A stretch of 64,000 nucleotides of DNA from Bacilli bacterium (GTDB lineage Bacteria; Bacillota; Bacilli; JACDOE01). Shown here piece after piece: positions 10,961 through 19,823 of the stretch; the stretch's first letter is position 1, and each line of letters starts with the position of its first letter. The stretch spans positions 642 to 64,641 of the forward strand of contig JAWLDF010000002.1 of the NCBI GenBank assembly GCA_041686735.1, given 5' to 3'. The translations under genes and the position numbers were made by a program. The notes beneath the pieces are model-generated. The model saw only the letters and a list, made by a program, of their open reading frames with translations. It was not told the origin of the DNA and did no database searches.

Positions 10961-12367
10961 ATGGTCGTAGGAGAATTTACAACGGAAGTCGATGTTCTCG
11001 TGATCGGAGCCGGTCCGGGAGGATATGTGGCCGCCATCCGTGCTGCCCAATTAGGAAAAAATGTAACTGTCGTAGAAAAAGGAGAATTGGGCGGTGTCTG
11101 TCTCAACCGCGGATGTATCCCGTCCAAAGCACTGATCTCCGCCGCACATCAGTACGAAAGCATCTCCCATGCTGCCGGCATGGGAATCGAAGCCGACAAT
11201 GTACGGGTTGATTTTGCTAAAGTACAGGAATGGAAACAGGGTGTGGTCAGCAAATTGACCGGAGGAGTGGGCAGCCTCCTCAAAGGAAACAAGGTCGAAG
11301 TCATTAAGGGAGAAGCTCTTTTCGTCAGCGAAAATGAGGTCCGGGTCATCGATGGTTACGAAAGCAACCGTCTTCGTTTCCAGCACTGTATTATTGCCAC
11401 CGGTTCCCGTCCGATTGAACTTCCGGGCTTTCCCTTCGGAGAACGGATTCTTTCGTCCACGGAAGCACTTGAACTGAAAGAAATCCCCGAAAGCATGGTA
11501 GTAATAGGCGGAGGCTACATCGGAATCGAATTGAGTCAGGCCTATGCAAAATTCGGTACAAAGGTCACCATTCTTGAAGGTACCGGTTCCATCCTGCCTG
11601 GATTTGATGCCCGTTTGATCAGCATGGTCAAACGCAACCTGAAAAAAGCAGGCGTTAACGTGGTGACAAACGCGATGGCAGGAGGTGCGGAACAAAAGGA
11701 TGACAGCGTGAGTGTTACATACACGGTCAATGATGAAGAACATACCGTTTCCGCAAATTATGTTCTGGTCACCGTCGGACGCCGTCCCAATACGGAGGAT
11801 CTCGGCCTCGACCTCATCGGCGTAAAAACCAGTGAGAAAGGATATATTGAGGTTGACGGGCAATGCCGGACCAGTGTCCCCGGCATTTATGCCATCGGAG
11901 ATATCGTTGCAGGTCCTGCGCTGGCGCATAAGGCATCTTATGAAGGAAAAGTCGCAGCGGAAGTGATTGCCGGAAAAGCAAGTGCCGTTGATTACAAGGC
12001 AATTCCTGCCGTCGTATTTTCCGATCCGGAAATAGCCACTGTCGGCCTGACTGAAAAAGAAGCAAAAGATGAAGGATATCAACCGGTCGTCGGCAAATTT
12101 TCATACGGCGTCAATGGTCGCGCACTCGCCCTTAATGCAGCTGAGGGTTCTGTCACTATTGTCGGTGATAAGGAAAGCGGTCTTGTTCTCGGAGCCCAAA
12201 TTGTCGGTCAGGAGGCTTCCAATCTGATTGCCGAGATCGGACTTGCCATTGAGATGGGAGCGACTCTGGAGGATATCGCATTGACCATCCATGCCCATCC
12301 GACTCTGGGAGAAATGACGATGGAAGCCGCTGAAGCAGCGCTTGGCAAAGCAATTCACTCCCTGTAA
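10961..12367 (+). CDS. pdhD: Dihydrolipoyl dehydrogenase (E3)
   Basis: 468 aa with GGVCLNRGCIPSK redox-active disulfide motif and FAD/NAD Rossmann folds. Confidence 0.9.
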   Translation: MVVGEFTTEVDVLVIGAGPGGYVAAIRAAQLGKNVTVVEKGELGGVCLNRGCIPSKALISAAHQYESISHAAGMGIEADNVRVDFAKVQEWKQGVVSKLTGGVGSLLKGNKVEVIKGEALFVSENEVRVIDGYESNRLRFQHCIIATGSRPIELPGFPFGERILSSTEALELKEIPESMVVIGGGYIGIELSQAYAKFGTKVTILEGTGSILPGFDARLISMVKRNLKKAGVNVVTNAMAGGAEQKDDSVSVTYTVNDEEHTVSANYVLVTVGRRPNTEDLGLDLIGVKTSEKGYIEVDGQCRTSVPGIYAIGDIVAGPALAHKASYEGKVAAEVIAGKASAVDYKAIPAVVFSDPEIATVGLTEKEAKDEGYQPVVGKFSYGVNGRALALNAAEGSVTIVGDKESGLVLGAQIVGQEASNLIAEIGLAIEMGATLEDIALTIHAHPTLGEMTMEAAEAALGKAIHSL

Positions 12368-12385
12368 GATCAATATGTTTTCTGG

Positions 12386-12425
12386 AATCCGGTATCCATA
12401 AAGATTTTGGGTGCCGGTTTTTTCA
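12386..12425 (+). terminator. Probable terminator after pdhD
   Basis: CCGGTATCC...GGGTGCCGG imperfect hairpin followed by TTTTTTC. Confidence 0.4.
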
Positions 12426-12529
12426 TTCACGATTTCTTTCTTGCAACCTCCTTTCATCCCCTGACGTCTAATAAGGTACAATGACAATCAATCATTTTAA
12501 TTATCATTTGATATAAGGAGGAACTTCTG

Positions 12530-13564
12530 ATGAAGGGGAAAATGAAACATTTTATCGGCGGAGTTGTCCTTGGGATTTGTATCGCAGGGGGAGCGAGTGC
12601 CCTCGCCACCAGCATCCATCCTGTCGGTGAAGTGGACTTGAAAGTATCTCTCAACACACCCAGATATGTTCTCGATGGAAAAGAAGTCCTGCCCAGCGAT
12701 CGTAACGGCATGTATTTTAATGGCGTCGAATACGTGCCTGCAGGAATGATTTACAAAGGCACAACTTATGTCCCGCTCCGCTTCCTGGGTGAATCCTTTG
12801 GTAAAGAAGTGAACTGGGACGGTAGTACCCGTACAATTACAATCGATTCCCCCGATACGCAGGATTGTCTGGAACCCGGTGGGAACGGTGAGGGTGAATC
12901 CTCCATCCCCCATCAGATCATTAACACTCCTGATCATCTCCCTACTGAAGTAAGGGAGTGGGTCGAAAGGTCCCGGAACATTGAGCTGGCCCAGACGATG
13001 AATACCAATGAGCACACTTATATTTTAATCACCCGTGGCGAAAAACCGACAGCCGGATATGACATCCAACTGAAACAGATTCAGCAGACGGAAAACGGAA
13101 TTGAGGTTGAAGTCACCTTTGGCGAACCGGGGGATGTTGCGGCAGAGGTGATTACCTATCCTTACCTGCTGATTGCCATCGACAGAACCGATCTGCCTGT
13201 TCAATTTAAAGAGAGCAATTACCAGTACCTTCCCACTTTAGTGGGGATTGAAACACTCCCTCCGATCGTTGACGGGGACGATATCGTCAAATTATTTGAG
13301 CCTAAAAAAGAGAATGGTCAAGTGCTTATCAGCGGCATTACCCGCGCATTTGAAGCAACGATCCAGTACGAGTTGACAGATAAAGGCGGGAACGTGATTA
13401 AACATGAAGTGGTTCAAGCCCTCGCCGGTACCGGAACCTGGGGCTACTTTTCCGAAACGCTGACCGAAGATGAATATAACCAGGCATCTGTAATCTCCTT
13501 CTTTACGGAGAGTGCGATGGACGGCGAAAGGATTGATCATGTTTCTCTTGAACTTGAAGAATAA
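12530..13564 (+). CDS. Secreted multidomain protein: signal peptide, copper-amine-oxidase-like N-terminal domain, PrcB_C-like domain, Gmad2 Ig-like domain
   Basis: 344 aa. Signal peptide MKHFIGGVVLGICIAGGASALA. YVPLRFLGESFGKEVNWDGSTRTITI marks the Cu-amine-oxidase N1-like domain. HTYILITRGEKPTAGYDIQL...LLIAIDRT is PrcB_C-like. C-terminal ISGITRAFEATIQYEL...GTGTWGYF is Gmad2-like. Confidence 0.6.
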   Translation: MKGKMKHFIGGVVLGICIAGGASALATSIHPVGEVDLKVSLNTPRYVLDGKEVLPSDRNGMYFNGVEYVPAGMIYKGTTYVPLRFLGESFGKEVNWDGSTRTITIDSPDTQDCLEPGGNGEGESSIPHQIINTPDHLPTEVREWVERSRNIELAQTMNTNEHTYILITRGEKPTAGYDIQLKQIQQTENGIEVEVTFGEPGDVAAEVITYPYLLIAIDRTDLPVQFKESNYQYLPTLVGIETLPPIVDGDDIVKLFEPKKENGQVLISGITRAFEATIQYELTDKGGNVIKHEVVQALAGTGTWGYFSETLTEDEYNQASVISFFTESAMDGERIDHVSLELEE

Positions 13565-13588
13565 GTAAAATCGGGATGGATATCACAC

Positions 13589-13626
13589 AGCCCCATGATT
13601 ATTTTCATGGGGCTTATTATATTTGA
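13589..13626 (+). terminator. Rho-independent terminator
   Basis: AGCCCCATGA (13589-13598) pairs with TCATGGGGCT (13605-13614), followed by TATTATATTT. Confidence 0.6.
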
Positions 13627-13639
13627 AAATGTTGTCAGT

Positions 13640-13966
13640 TCATATTCTCATCCCTGTTAGCCACCCATAATCTTGCCTGCAATCCACTATGTAGTCAACG
13701 TACACCGTCTGATCCTTGATCTGATATAAAATCAGATACCATTTCTCAACAAGCATCTTATGATATTTATTAAGCGGGATAAATTCAGCATAAAGAAACG
13801 GAAATCGTTCTGGCATTTGATGTAGGGAACGGATTGCATCCATCAGGTCGTTTTTTACTTTGCGGGCGGCATCGGGACTTTTCTGTGCAAGAAAACGGAC
13901 ATGGCCCGCCAGCATCTGACGGGCACGGTCTGAAACAATCACCTTATATTGAGGCCTATTTTCCAT
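13640..13966 (-). CDS. RelE/ParE-family type II toxin
   Basis: Likely start MENRPQYKVIVSDRARQMLAGHVRFLA...YLILYQIKDQTVYVDYIVDCRQDY (108 aa). Its 5' end overlaps the upstream Phd/YefM antitoxin gene by 11 nt, the canonical antitoxin-toxin order. Confidence 0.6.
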   Translation of the reverse strand: MENRPQYKVIVSDRARQMLAGHVRFLAQKSPDAARKVKNDLMDAIRSLHQMPERFPFLYAEFIPLNKYHKMLVEKWYLILYQIKDQTVYVDYIVDCRQDYGWLTGMRI

Positions 13967-14234
13967 GTTCCACCTCATCAATAATTCCGTCCAGATATTT
14001 GTCCAATTCATCCGGCGTAACTCCTACACGCCCTGCCAGTCGGTCTTCCTCAACAGCCAGCAGTTCTTCCCGCAGCTTCAGCATTTTCTCGCGTCGGGTA
14101 AATGCCTCTATATCCATGACCACAAGATCGCCCTCACCGTTTTTGGTTAGATACACCGGCTCTCCGGTTGACTTGCACAAGGCCGCAATTTCGTTGTAAT
14201 TCTGTCGGATGCTTGCTGACGGTTTAATCTGCAT
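13956..14234 (-). CDS. Phd/YefM-family antitoxin
   Basis: From internal Met: MQIKPSASIRQNYNEIAALCKSTGEPVYLTKNGEGDLVVMDIEAFTRREKMLKLREELL... (92 aa), a typical YefM/Phd N-terminal domain. The longer track ORF is a spurious 5' extension. Confidence 0.65.
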   Translation of the reverse strand: MQIKPSASIRQNYNEIAALCKSTGEPVYLTKNGEGDLVVMDIEAFTRREKMLKLREELLAVEEDRLAGRVGVTPDELDKYLDGIIDEVEHGK

Positions 14235-14278
14235 GGTATCAGCCCCTAATAGTAACATTCTAATCATATTATACCTCT

Positions 14279-14300
14279 TTATTGATATTACAATCAATAA
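14279..14300. promoter_or_regulatory. Perfect 8-6-8 inverted repeat TTATTGAT-ATTACA-ATCAATAA in the toxin-antitoxin promoter region; candidate autoregulatory operator
   Basis: Palindrome 45-65 bp upstream of the antitoxin start, in an AT-rich intergenic region. The location is typical of Phd/YefM-toxin complex operators. Confidence 0.35.
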
Positions 14301-14529
14301 ATATTTCGTTATTTTAACAGTTCTCACAACACTCTTCTCTCTGTATATTTTCATAATTTGTACACATCTTCCATACTGTTTACTGTCAGGCATAATTTCC
14401 GTTAACAAAGGGAATATCACCTATACGGAATATGAGCTTTTCAATAGGCTTATCCCCGGTAAACGTGGTAAAATGATTATTGTCAAGTCTTGCTGGTCAA
14501 TACTAGAAACGTAAAGGAGCGTCTTGAAA

Positions 14530-15243
14530 ATGAACACTGCTGATCCTACCATATGGCTGGCATTCGGGGCAGGATTTTTGTCATTTATCTCCCCGTGTTG
14601 TTTACCGTTATATCCATCGTATCTCTCATATATCACAGGGATATCGGTTCAGGAAATCAAAAAGGACCGAGCCATCCTGCAAAGAAATGCGATGGTTCAC
14701 ACGTTCTTTTTTATGCTCGGATTTTCAATCATATTTTTGTCACTGGGCCTGTCGTTTACATTGATCGGTGCATTTTTTAAAGATTATCAGGACCTGATTC
14801 GGCAGTTGGGAGGCGTACTGATTTTCGTCATGGGCTTATTTCTCGCTGGTATCTTCAAACCCCAGTGGCTCATGATGGAAAAAAGACTGGAAATCTCAAA
14901 TAAACCAACCGGTTATCTTGGTTCATTGCTGGTCGGAATTACCTTCGCCGCCGGATGGACACCGTGTATCGGACCGATTCTCACCGCGGTACTGGCATTG
15001 AGTGCAAGCAACCCGGCACAGGGTGTTCCGTTGATCATCTCCTATACACTGGGATTTGCCGTTCCATTCTTTGTGATGTCCTTCTTCCTTGGAAGGATGC
15101 GCTGGATCCTCAAGCATTCAGAGAAAATCATGAAAATCGGCGGCGTCATTATGATGATCGTCGGTATCCTGCTGTATACGGATCAAATGACTCAGATCAC
15201 CATCTGGCTCATCCGTCTCTATGGTGGATTTACCGGCTTTTAA
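14530..15243 (+). CDS. ccdA: Cytochrome c-type biogenesis / thiol-disulfide electron transporter CcdA (DsbD core)
   Basis: 6-TM protein with FISPCCLPLYPSYL and GWTPCIGPIL paired-cysteine motifs. AAAGGAG RBS 10 nt before the ATG at 14530. Confidence 0.85.
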   Translation: MNTADPTIWLAFGAGFLSFISPCCLPLYPSYLSYITGISVQEIKKDRAILQRNAMVHTFFFMLGFSIIFLSLGLSFTLIGAFFKDYQDLIRQLGGVLIFVMGLFLAGIFKPQWLMMEKRLEISNKPTGYLGSLLVGITFAAGWTPCIGPILTAVLALSASNPAQGVPLIISYTLGFAVPFFVMSFFLGRMRWILKHSEKIMKIGGVIMMIVGILLYTDQMTQITIWLIRLYGGFTGF

Positions 15244-15291
15244 ACTAGAAGGAAATACATCACCACAGTGGTTAAAGGAAGGTGTCTTATC

Positions 15292-15879
15292 ATGAAAAGA
15301 GGAATTATTGTTTTGTTTGTGATCGCACTGGTCGGTTTTGCGATTTATAATAATATCTCCGGAAAAGAGGGGGCAGATCCGACACAGGATCCAGTTAGCG
15401 TAGAACCCGGTGAAGATCAAAGCGGCGACGCTTCCTCTGCAAATGAGGAACTTCCCGAAGAGGGATTCCGTGCTCCCGATTTTACACTGAAAGGCCTGGA
15501 CGGACAGACGTATACCCTGAGCAAGGTGAACAAACCGGTGGTGGTCAACTTCTGGGCATCCTGGTGTCCTCCCTGCAAAGCGGAAGCTCCTGAACTCGTG
15601 AAATTGTATGACAAGTACGGGGACCATGTAGAAATCTATGCCGTCAACATGATGACGCAGGATAATGTAAAAGATGCACAAGGGTTTGTCAATGAGTACG
15701 GATTTCAGTTCCCGGTTCCCGTCGATGAAGAAGGGGTTGTAGCCGGTGCTTATCGCATTCAGGCCATCCCGACATCCTTTTTTATCGACAGTGACGGAAT
15801 CATTGTAAAAAAAGTGATCGGTCTTGTTACCCCGGAAGAACTGGACAATCTGTTTAAACAACTGGCGGAGGATAAATGA
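15292..15879 (+). CDS. TlpA/ResA/StoA-like membrane-anchored thiol-disulfide oxidoreductase (thioredoxin fold)
   Basis: N-terminal TM anchor, thioredoxin-fold WASWCPPCKAE active site, and AAGGAAGG RBS. It follows ccdA. Confidence 0.75.
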   Translation: MKRGIIVLFVIALVGFAIYNNISGKEGADPTQDPVSVEPGEDQSGDASSANEELPEEGFRAPDFTLKGLDGQTYTLSKVNKPVVVNFWASWCPPCKAEAPELVKLYDKYGDHVEIYAVNMMTQDNVKDAQGFVNEYGFQFPVPVDEEGVVAGAYRIQAIPTSFFIDSDGIIVKKVIGLVTPEELDNLFKQLAEDK

Positions 15880-16625
15880 TGTTACCTGATTTATTATCTT
15901 TAGGGCCTTTTATCATACGTTCCAACTGGCTCATGATCATGATTGGCAGCATCGCAGGTATTGTGTTAATGAAGCAACAGGCAAAGCGCGTGATTCCCGA
16001 TCAAGCAGAGCCCTGGGATAATGCTGTGACCGGGGCCCTGCTGTTTTTTGTGCTGGTGTGGAAGTTGAGTCCGGCACTGACGAAACCTTCGCTAATCTGG
16101 AATGATCCTGCTTCCCTTCTTTTTATGGTACCGGGTACCACCGGGCTTGTTCTTGGCGGCGCAGTTGCGCTCATATATCTGGTGATTACAGTCAGAAGGC
16201 TAAACATAAACTGGACTGTTGCACTGGATCTCTCACCCTTTTTCTGGGCTCCCGTCCTCTTTTTATACAATTTGATGATTCCCCGCATCGGACAGGCCAC
16301 CGCTCTACCTTGGGGAATCCATTATAAAGGGAGCAGTGCCTCCTATCATCCCATCCACTGGTATGATGCCGTCGTTGCAGCAGTCGTCATCATCGTCATT
16401 TATCGGAACCGCCGCCATATCAGTGAAGGAATCGTGTTGGCAAAAGCACTGATCATCACCGGGATTGGAAGTCTTTTCATTTCTTTGTTTCATACTACGG
16501 CTGATCATATCGCCGGTCTCACTTTTTCACAGTGGTTTAACCTGATGCTGATTGCCGCAGGATATCTGCTATTGAGACAATTCAACCGGACAGGGAGCGT
16601 AGAAAATGAACAAAAGGACATATGA
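15876..16625 (+). CDS. Cysteine-free polytopic membrane protein, weak Lgt-family-like motifs
   Basis: 249 aa with ~7 TM. ATGA overlap with the preceding thioredoxin gene. SYHPIHWYDAVVAAVVIIV and PRIGQATALPWG loosely resemble the Lgt motifs HHPTFLYES and GRWGNFMNQE. No cysteines. Confidence 0.45.
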   Translation: MMLPDLLSLGPFIIRSNWLMIMIGSIAGIVLMKQQAKRVIPDQAEPWDNAVTGALLFFVLVWKLSPALTKPSLIWNDPASLLFMVPGTTGLVLGGAVALIYLVITVRRLNINWTVALDLSPFFWAPVLFLYNLMIPRIGQATALPWGIHYKGSSASYHPIHWYDAVVAAVVIIVIYRNRRHISEGIVLAKALIITGIGSLFISLFHTTADHIAGLTFSQWFNLMLIAAGYLLLRQFNRTGSVENEQKDI

Positions 16626-17883
16626 TGTGGTCGTGATCGGAGGCGGGCCCGCCGGAATGATGGCTTCCGTCTCGGCAGCACAGCAGGGAGCGAAGGTCCT
16701 TTTACTCGAAAAAGGAGAAGTGCTTGGACGCAAATTAATGATCTCCGGTGGAGGAAGGTGTAATGTAACCAATGCCAGAGAATTACCCGAACTGATTGAA
16801 AACATTCCGGGGAACGGCCGTTTTTTATACAGCGTTTTTAATCTCTTTAACAACCGGGACATCGTTCGTTACTTTGAAAATCTTGGAATCAAATTAAAAG
16901 AAGAAGATCGCGGGAGAATGTTTCCTGTTTCAGATAAGGCAAAAACAGTTCGTGATGCCATGGTCAACCATATGAAGGAACTGGGGGTCAACATTCGGCT
17001 GCAGTCACCGGTCGAACGTCTATTGTTTGCCGACGGATCTGTTAAAGGGGTTCGTTTAATAAGTGGAGAAGAAATCACAACGAAAAGTGTGGTGATTGCT
17101 GCAGGCGGAAAATCGGTTCCCCAATCCGGATCGACCGGGGACGCTTATCCATGGGCAGAAGAAGCTGGTCATACCATCACCCCTCTTTTTCCTTCGGCAG
17201 TGGGATTGACATCATCAGATTCATGGGTTAAAAATAATGCCCTTCAGGGACTGTCTCTGCGCAACATCGAACAAACGCTGTACAATCCGAACGGGAAAAA
17301 AATAACGAGCGAAGAAGGGGACATGATTTTCACCCACTTCGGCATATCGGGACCGGCTACGTTTCGTAGCAGCCGTTATGTAACACCCGCCCTGAAAAAA
17401 TTCGGATGTGATACCCTCAAATTGACGATTGACCTGTATCCGCAGGATTCGGAGCAGCAATTATATGAACGGGTGGAAAAAGAGATGGAGGAAGAGGCGG
17501 GTAAAACCATCAAAAACCTGTTGAAAAAATGGTTGCCGGAGCGCATGATCCCGCTCATGCTGGAAAAAGTCTCGGTCCATCCGGAAATCAATTATCATCA
17601 ACTTGCAAAAAACGCTCTGCGTCAGCTGGTATCACTCATGAAAAATTTTCCTGTCACCATAAACGGAACACTGCCCCTGCAACAGGCAACGGTGACTGCC
17701 GGCGGCGTCAATGTCAGGGAAATTGATCCCCGCACCATGCAATCCAAGAAAATGAACGGAATGTTTTTTGCAGGAGAAGTGATGGACGTCGATGCCCATA
17801 CCGGGGGATACAACATCACAGTCGCTTTCTGTACCGGCTATGTTGCCGGTTATCATGCGGCCCGGATGGACACCGATCAATAA
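16606..17883 (+). CDS. HI0933/YtfP/BaiN-family NAD(P)/FAD-dependent flavoprotein
   Basis: 425 aa. DVVVIGGGPAGMMAS...GGGRCNVTN and the C-terminal GEVMDVDAHTGGYN motif are diagnostic for the HI0933-like family. Confidence 0.8.
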   Translation: MNKRTYDVVVIGGGPAGMMASVSAAQQGAKVLLLEKGEVLGRKLMISGGGRCNVTNARELPELIENIPGNGRFLYSVFNLFNNRDIVRYFENLGIKLKEEDRGRMFPVSDKAKTVRDAMVNHMKELGVNIRLQSPVERLLFADGSVKGVRLISGEEITTKSVVIAAGGKSVPQSGSTGDAYPWAEEAGHTITPLFPSAVGLTSSDSWVKNNALQGLSLRNIEQTLYNPNGKKITSEEGDMIFTHFGISGPATFRSSRYVTPALKKFGCDTLKLTIDLYPQDSEQQLYERVEKEMEEEAGKTIKNLLKKWLPERMIPLMLEKVSVHPEINYHQLAKNALRQLVSLMKNFPVTINGTLPLQQATVTAGGVNVREIDPRTMQSKKMNGMFFAGEVMDVDAHTGGYNITVAFCTGYVAGYHAARMDTDQ

Positions 17884-17911
17884 ATCACATACCCACAACA
17901 ACAACAAGAAA

Positions 17912-18322
17912 TTAATCAACAGACGGAAACAGGCGTGTCAGCTCTTCAGGAAGCGGTGCGCTTTTTCGTTGTTTCAAATCCATCATCACCAGTGTGACCA
18001 ACGCATCCGCCACCCGGTCCCCCGAATCATTGATGATTTCCTGGGCAATAACAAAACTTGAGCGTCCTTTCTTTTCCGGTCGGGTCACGATCGTCAGGTG
18101 TTCTCCCTGTCTGACCTCTTTACGATAATTAATGTTGATATTTACCGTAACCGTCCCCAGACCCATCTGCTCAAACCGGTCAAAAGGCAGGTCATGGGTT
18201 TCGTACCAGTGTTCACGTCCCCACTCCAGGTACTCCAGATATTTTGCATTGTTCACATGCCCCAGTTGATCAATTTCAGTGGATCTCACTTCAATTTCGA
18301 TCGATGTTTCATTCTGGTTCAT
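17912..18322 (-). CDS. Acyl-CoA thioesterase, 4HBT/YbgC-like hot-dog fold
   Basis: 136 aa. VRSTEIDQLGHVNNAKYLEYLE hot-dog thioesterase motif. Sits 29 bp downstream of livF. Confidence 0.75.
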   Translation of the reverse strand: MNQNETSIEIEVRSTEIDQLGHVNNAKYLEYLEWGREHWYETHDLPFDRFEQMGLGTVTVNININYRKEVRQGEHLTIVTRPEKKGRSSFVIAQEIINDSGDRVADALVTLVMMDLKQRKSAPLPEELTRLFPSVD

Positions 18323-18351
18323 GCTTTTCCCCTTTCTTTGCTTCTCTTCCG

Positions 18352-19065
18352 TCAGGAATGTGACCCGCCGAGATAAGCTTCCTTCACGCGGTCGTTATTA
18401 AGTAATTGTTCAGCATATCCTTCGGTCACAATCTTTCCGGTTTCAAGAACATATCCTTTATCAGCAATCTTTAAAGCCTGCTTTACATTTTGCTCCACCA
18501 GAAGAACCGTTGTTTCTTCCTCTTTGATTTCGCGAATAATCCGAAAAATATCGGCAACGACCAGAGGGGCCAGACCCATTGAAGGTTCATCCAACAACAA
18601 TAATTTCGGTCGGGACATCAGCGCTCTGGCAATGGCAAGCATTTGTTGCTGACCTCCCGACAATGTCCCGCCCAGTTGATTTTTTCGTTCTCTTAAAATC
18701 GGAAAGCGATCCATCACTTTTTCCAGATCGTCTTTTATCTCATTATCGCTTCGCTGGTAAGCACCCAATTCCAGATTTTCAAGAACGGTCATCCCGGATA
18801 AAATCGCTCTTCCTTCAGGTACAAGAGCAATTCCCCGTGCGACTCGTTCATCGGGGCGAAGGTTCGTAATATCCTCGCCTAAAAAACGTACCGTTCCCTC
18901 ACGTGCACGCATAAGTCCGGAAATGACACGCATCGTGGTGGACTTGCCGGCTCCGTTGGCTCCGATCATGGTGACAATTTCATTTTCTCCTACCTTCAAG
19001 TCGATGCCTTTGATCGCCTGTATATTCCCGTAATATGCTTGTAATCCTGTGACCTCCAGCATCAT
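18352..19065 (-). CDS. livF: Branched-chain amino acid ABC transporter ATP-binding protein LivF
   Basis: 237 aa. Walker A GANGAGKST and ABC signature LSGGQQQML. 4-nt overlap with livG. Confidence 0.85.
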   Translation of the reverse strand: MMLEVTGLQAYYGNIQAIKGIDLKVGENEIVTMIGANGAGKSTTMRVISGLMRAREGTVRFLGEDITNLRPDERVARGIALVPEGRAILSGMTVLENLELGAYQRSDNEIKDDLEKVMDRFPILRERKNQLGGTLSGGQQQMLAIARALMSRPKLLLLDEPSMGLAPLVVADIFRIIREIKEEETTVLLVEQNVKQALKIADKGYVLETGKIVTEGYAEQLLNNDRVKEAYLGGSHS

Positions 19066-19823
19066 TCTTCCTCCTCTTTTCCAAGATAAGCTTCGATGAC
19101 TGCGGGATGATTTTGAATCTCCTCGGGCCTTCCTTCTGCGATTTTTTCTCCAAAGTTTAAAACCGCCAGACGATCACAAACCCTCATCACCAAACTCATA
19201 TCATGTTCGATAAGAATGACGGTAATCCCTTGTTGTTGAATTTTCTTAATTAAATGATACAAGTCCTCCGTCTCTTTTTCATTCATACCGGCTGCAGGTT
19301 CGTCAAGTAATAACAACTGAGGGTTGCTCGCCAGAGCCCGGGCAATTTCCAACCGGCGTTGCTGCCCGTAGGCAAGGTTATCAGCAAAAACTTCTTCCAT
19401 CCCTTTAAGGTCAACCAACTCAAGCAATCGAGCCGCTTTCTCGCGAATGCTTCGTTCTTCCTCTTTCTGCTTATTGGTACGTAACACACTGCTGAACACG
19501 CCGGCATGGCTGCGGCAATGTTCTCCGACCATCACGTTTTCGAGGGCCGTCATATGACCGAATAAACGGATATTTTGAAAAGTACGGGCGATGCCGAGGC
19601 GTGTTATTTTATGCGGCTTTTTTCCATGTATCATTTCACCGAGAAATTGAATTTGCCCCTGCGTGGGAGGGAACATTGACGTAATTACATTAAACAATGT
19701 CGTTTTTCCGGCACCGTTGGGACCGATCAATCCGAAAACTTCCCCTTTTTGTACCGTAAACGACACCTCTTTTAATGCCACCAGGCCGCCGAATGATTTT
19801 TGAATGGACTTAAGTTCCAGCAT
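19062..19823 (-). CDS. livG: Branched-chain amino acid ABC transporter ATP-binding protein LivG
   Basis: 253 aa. GPNGAGKTT Walker A and LAYGQQRRLEIARAL signature. Confidence 0.85.
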   Translation of the reverse strand: MLELKSIQKSFGGLVALKEVSFTVQKGEVFGLIGPNGAGKTTLFNVITSMFPPTQGQIQFLGEMIHGKKPHKITRLGIARTFQNIRLFGHMTALENVMVGEHCRSHAGVFSSVLRTNKQKEEERSIREKAARLLELVDLKGMEEVFADNLAYGQQRRLEIARALASNPQLLLLDEPAAGMNEKETEDLYHLIKKIQQQGITVILIEHDMSLVMRVCDRLAVLNFGEKIAEGRPEEIQNHPAVIEAYLGKEEEE

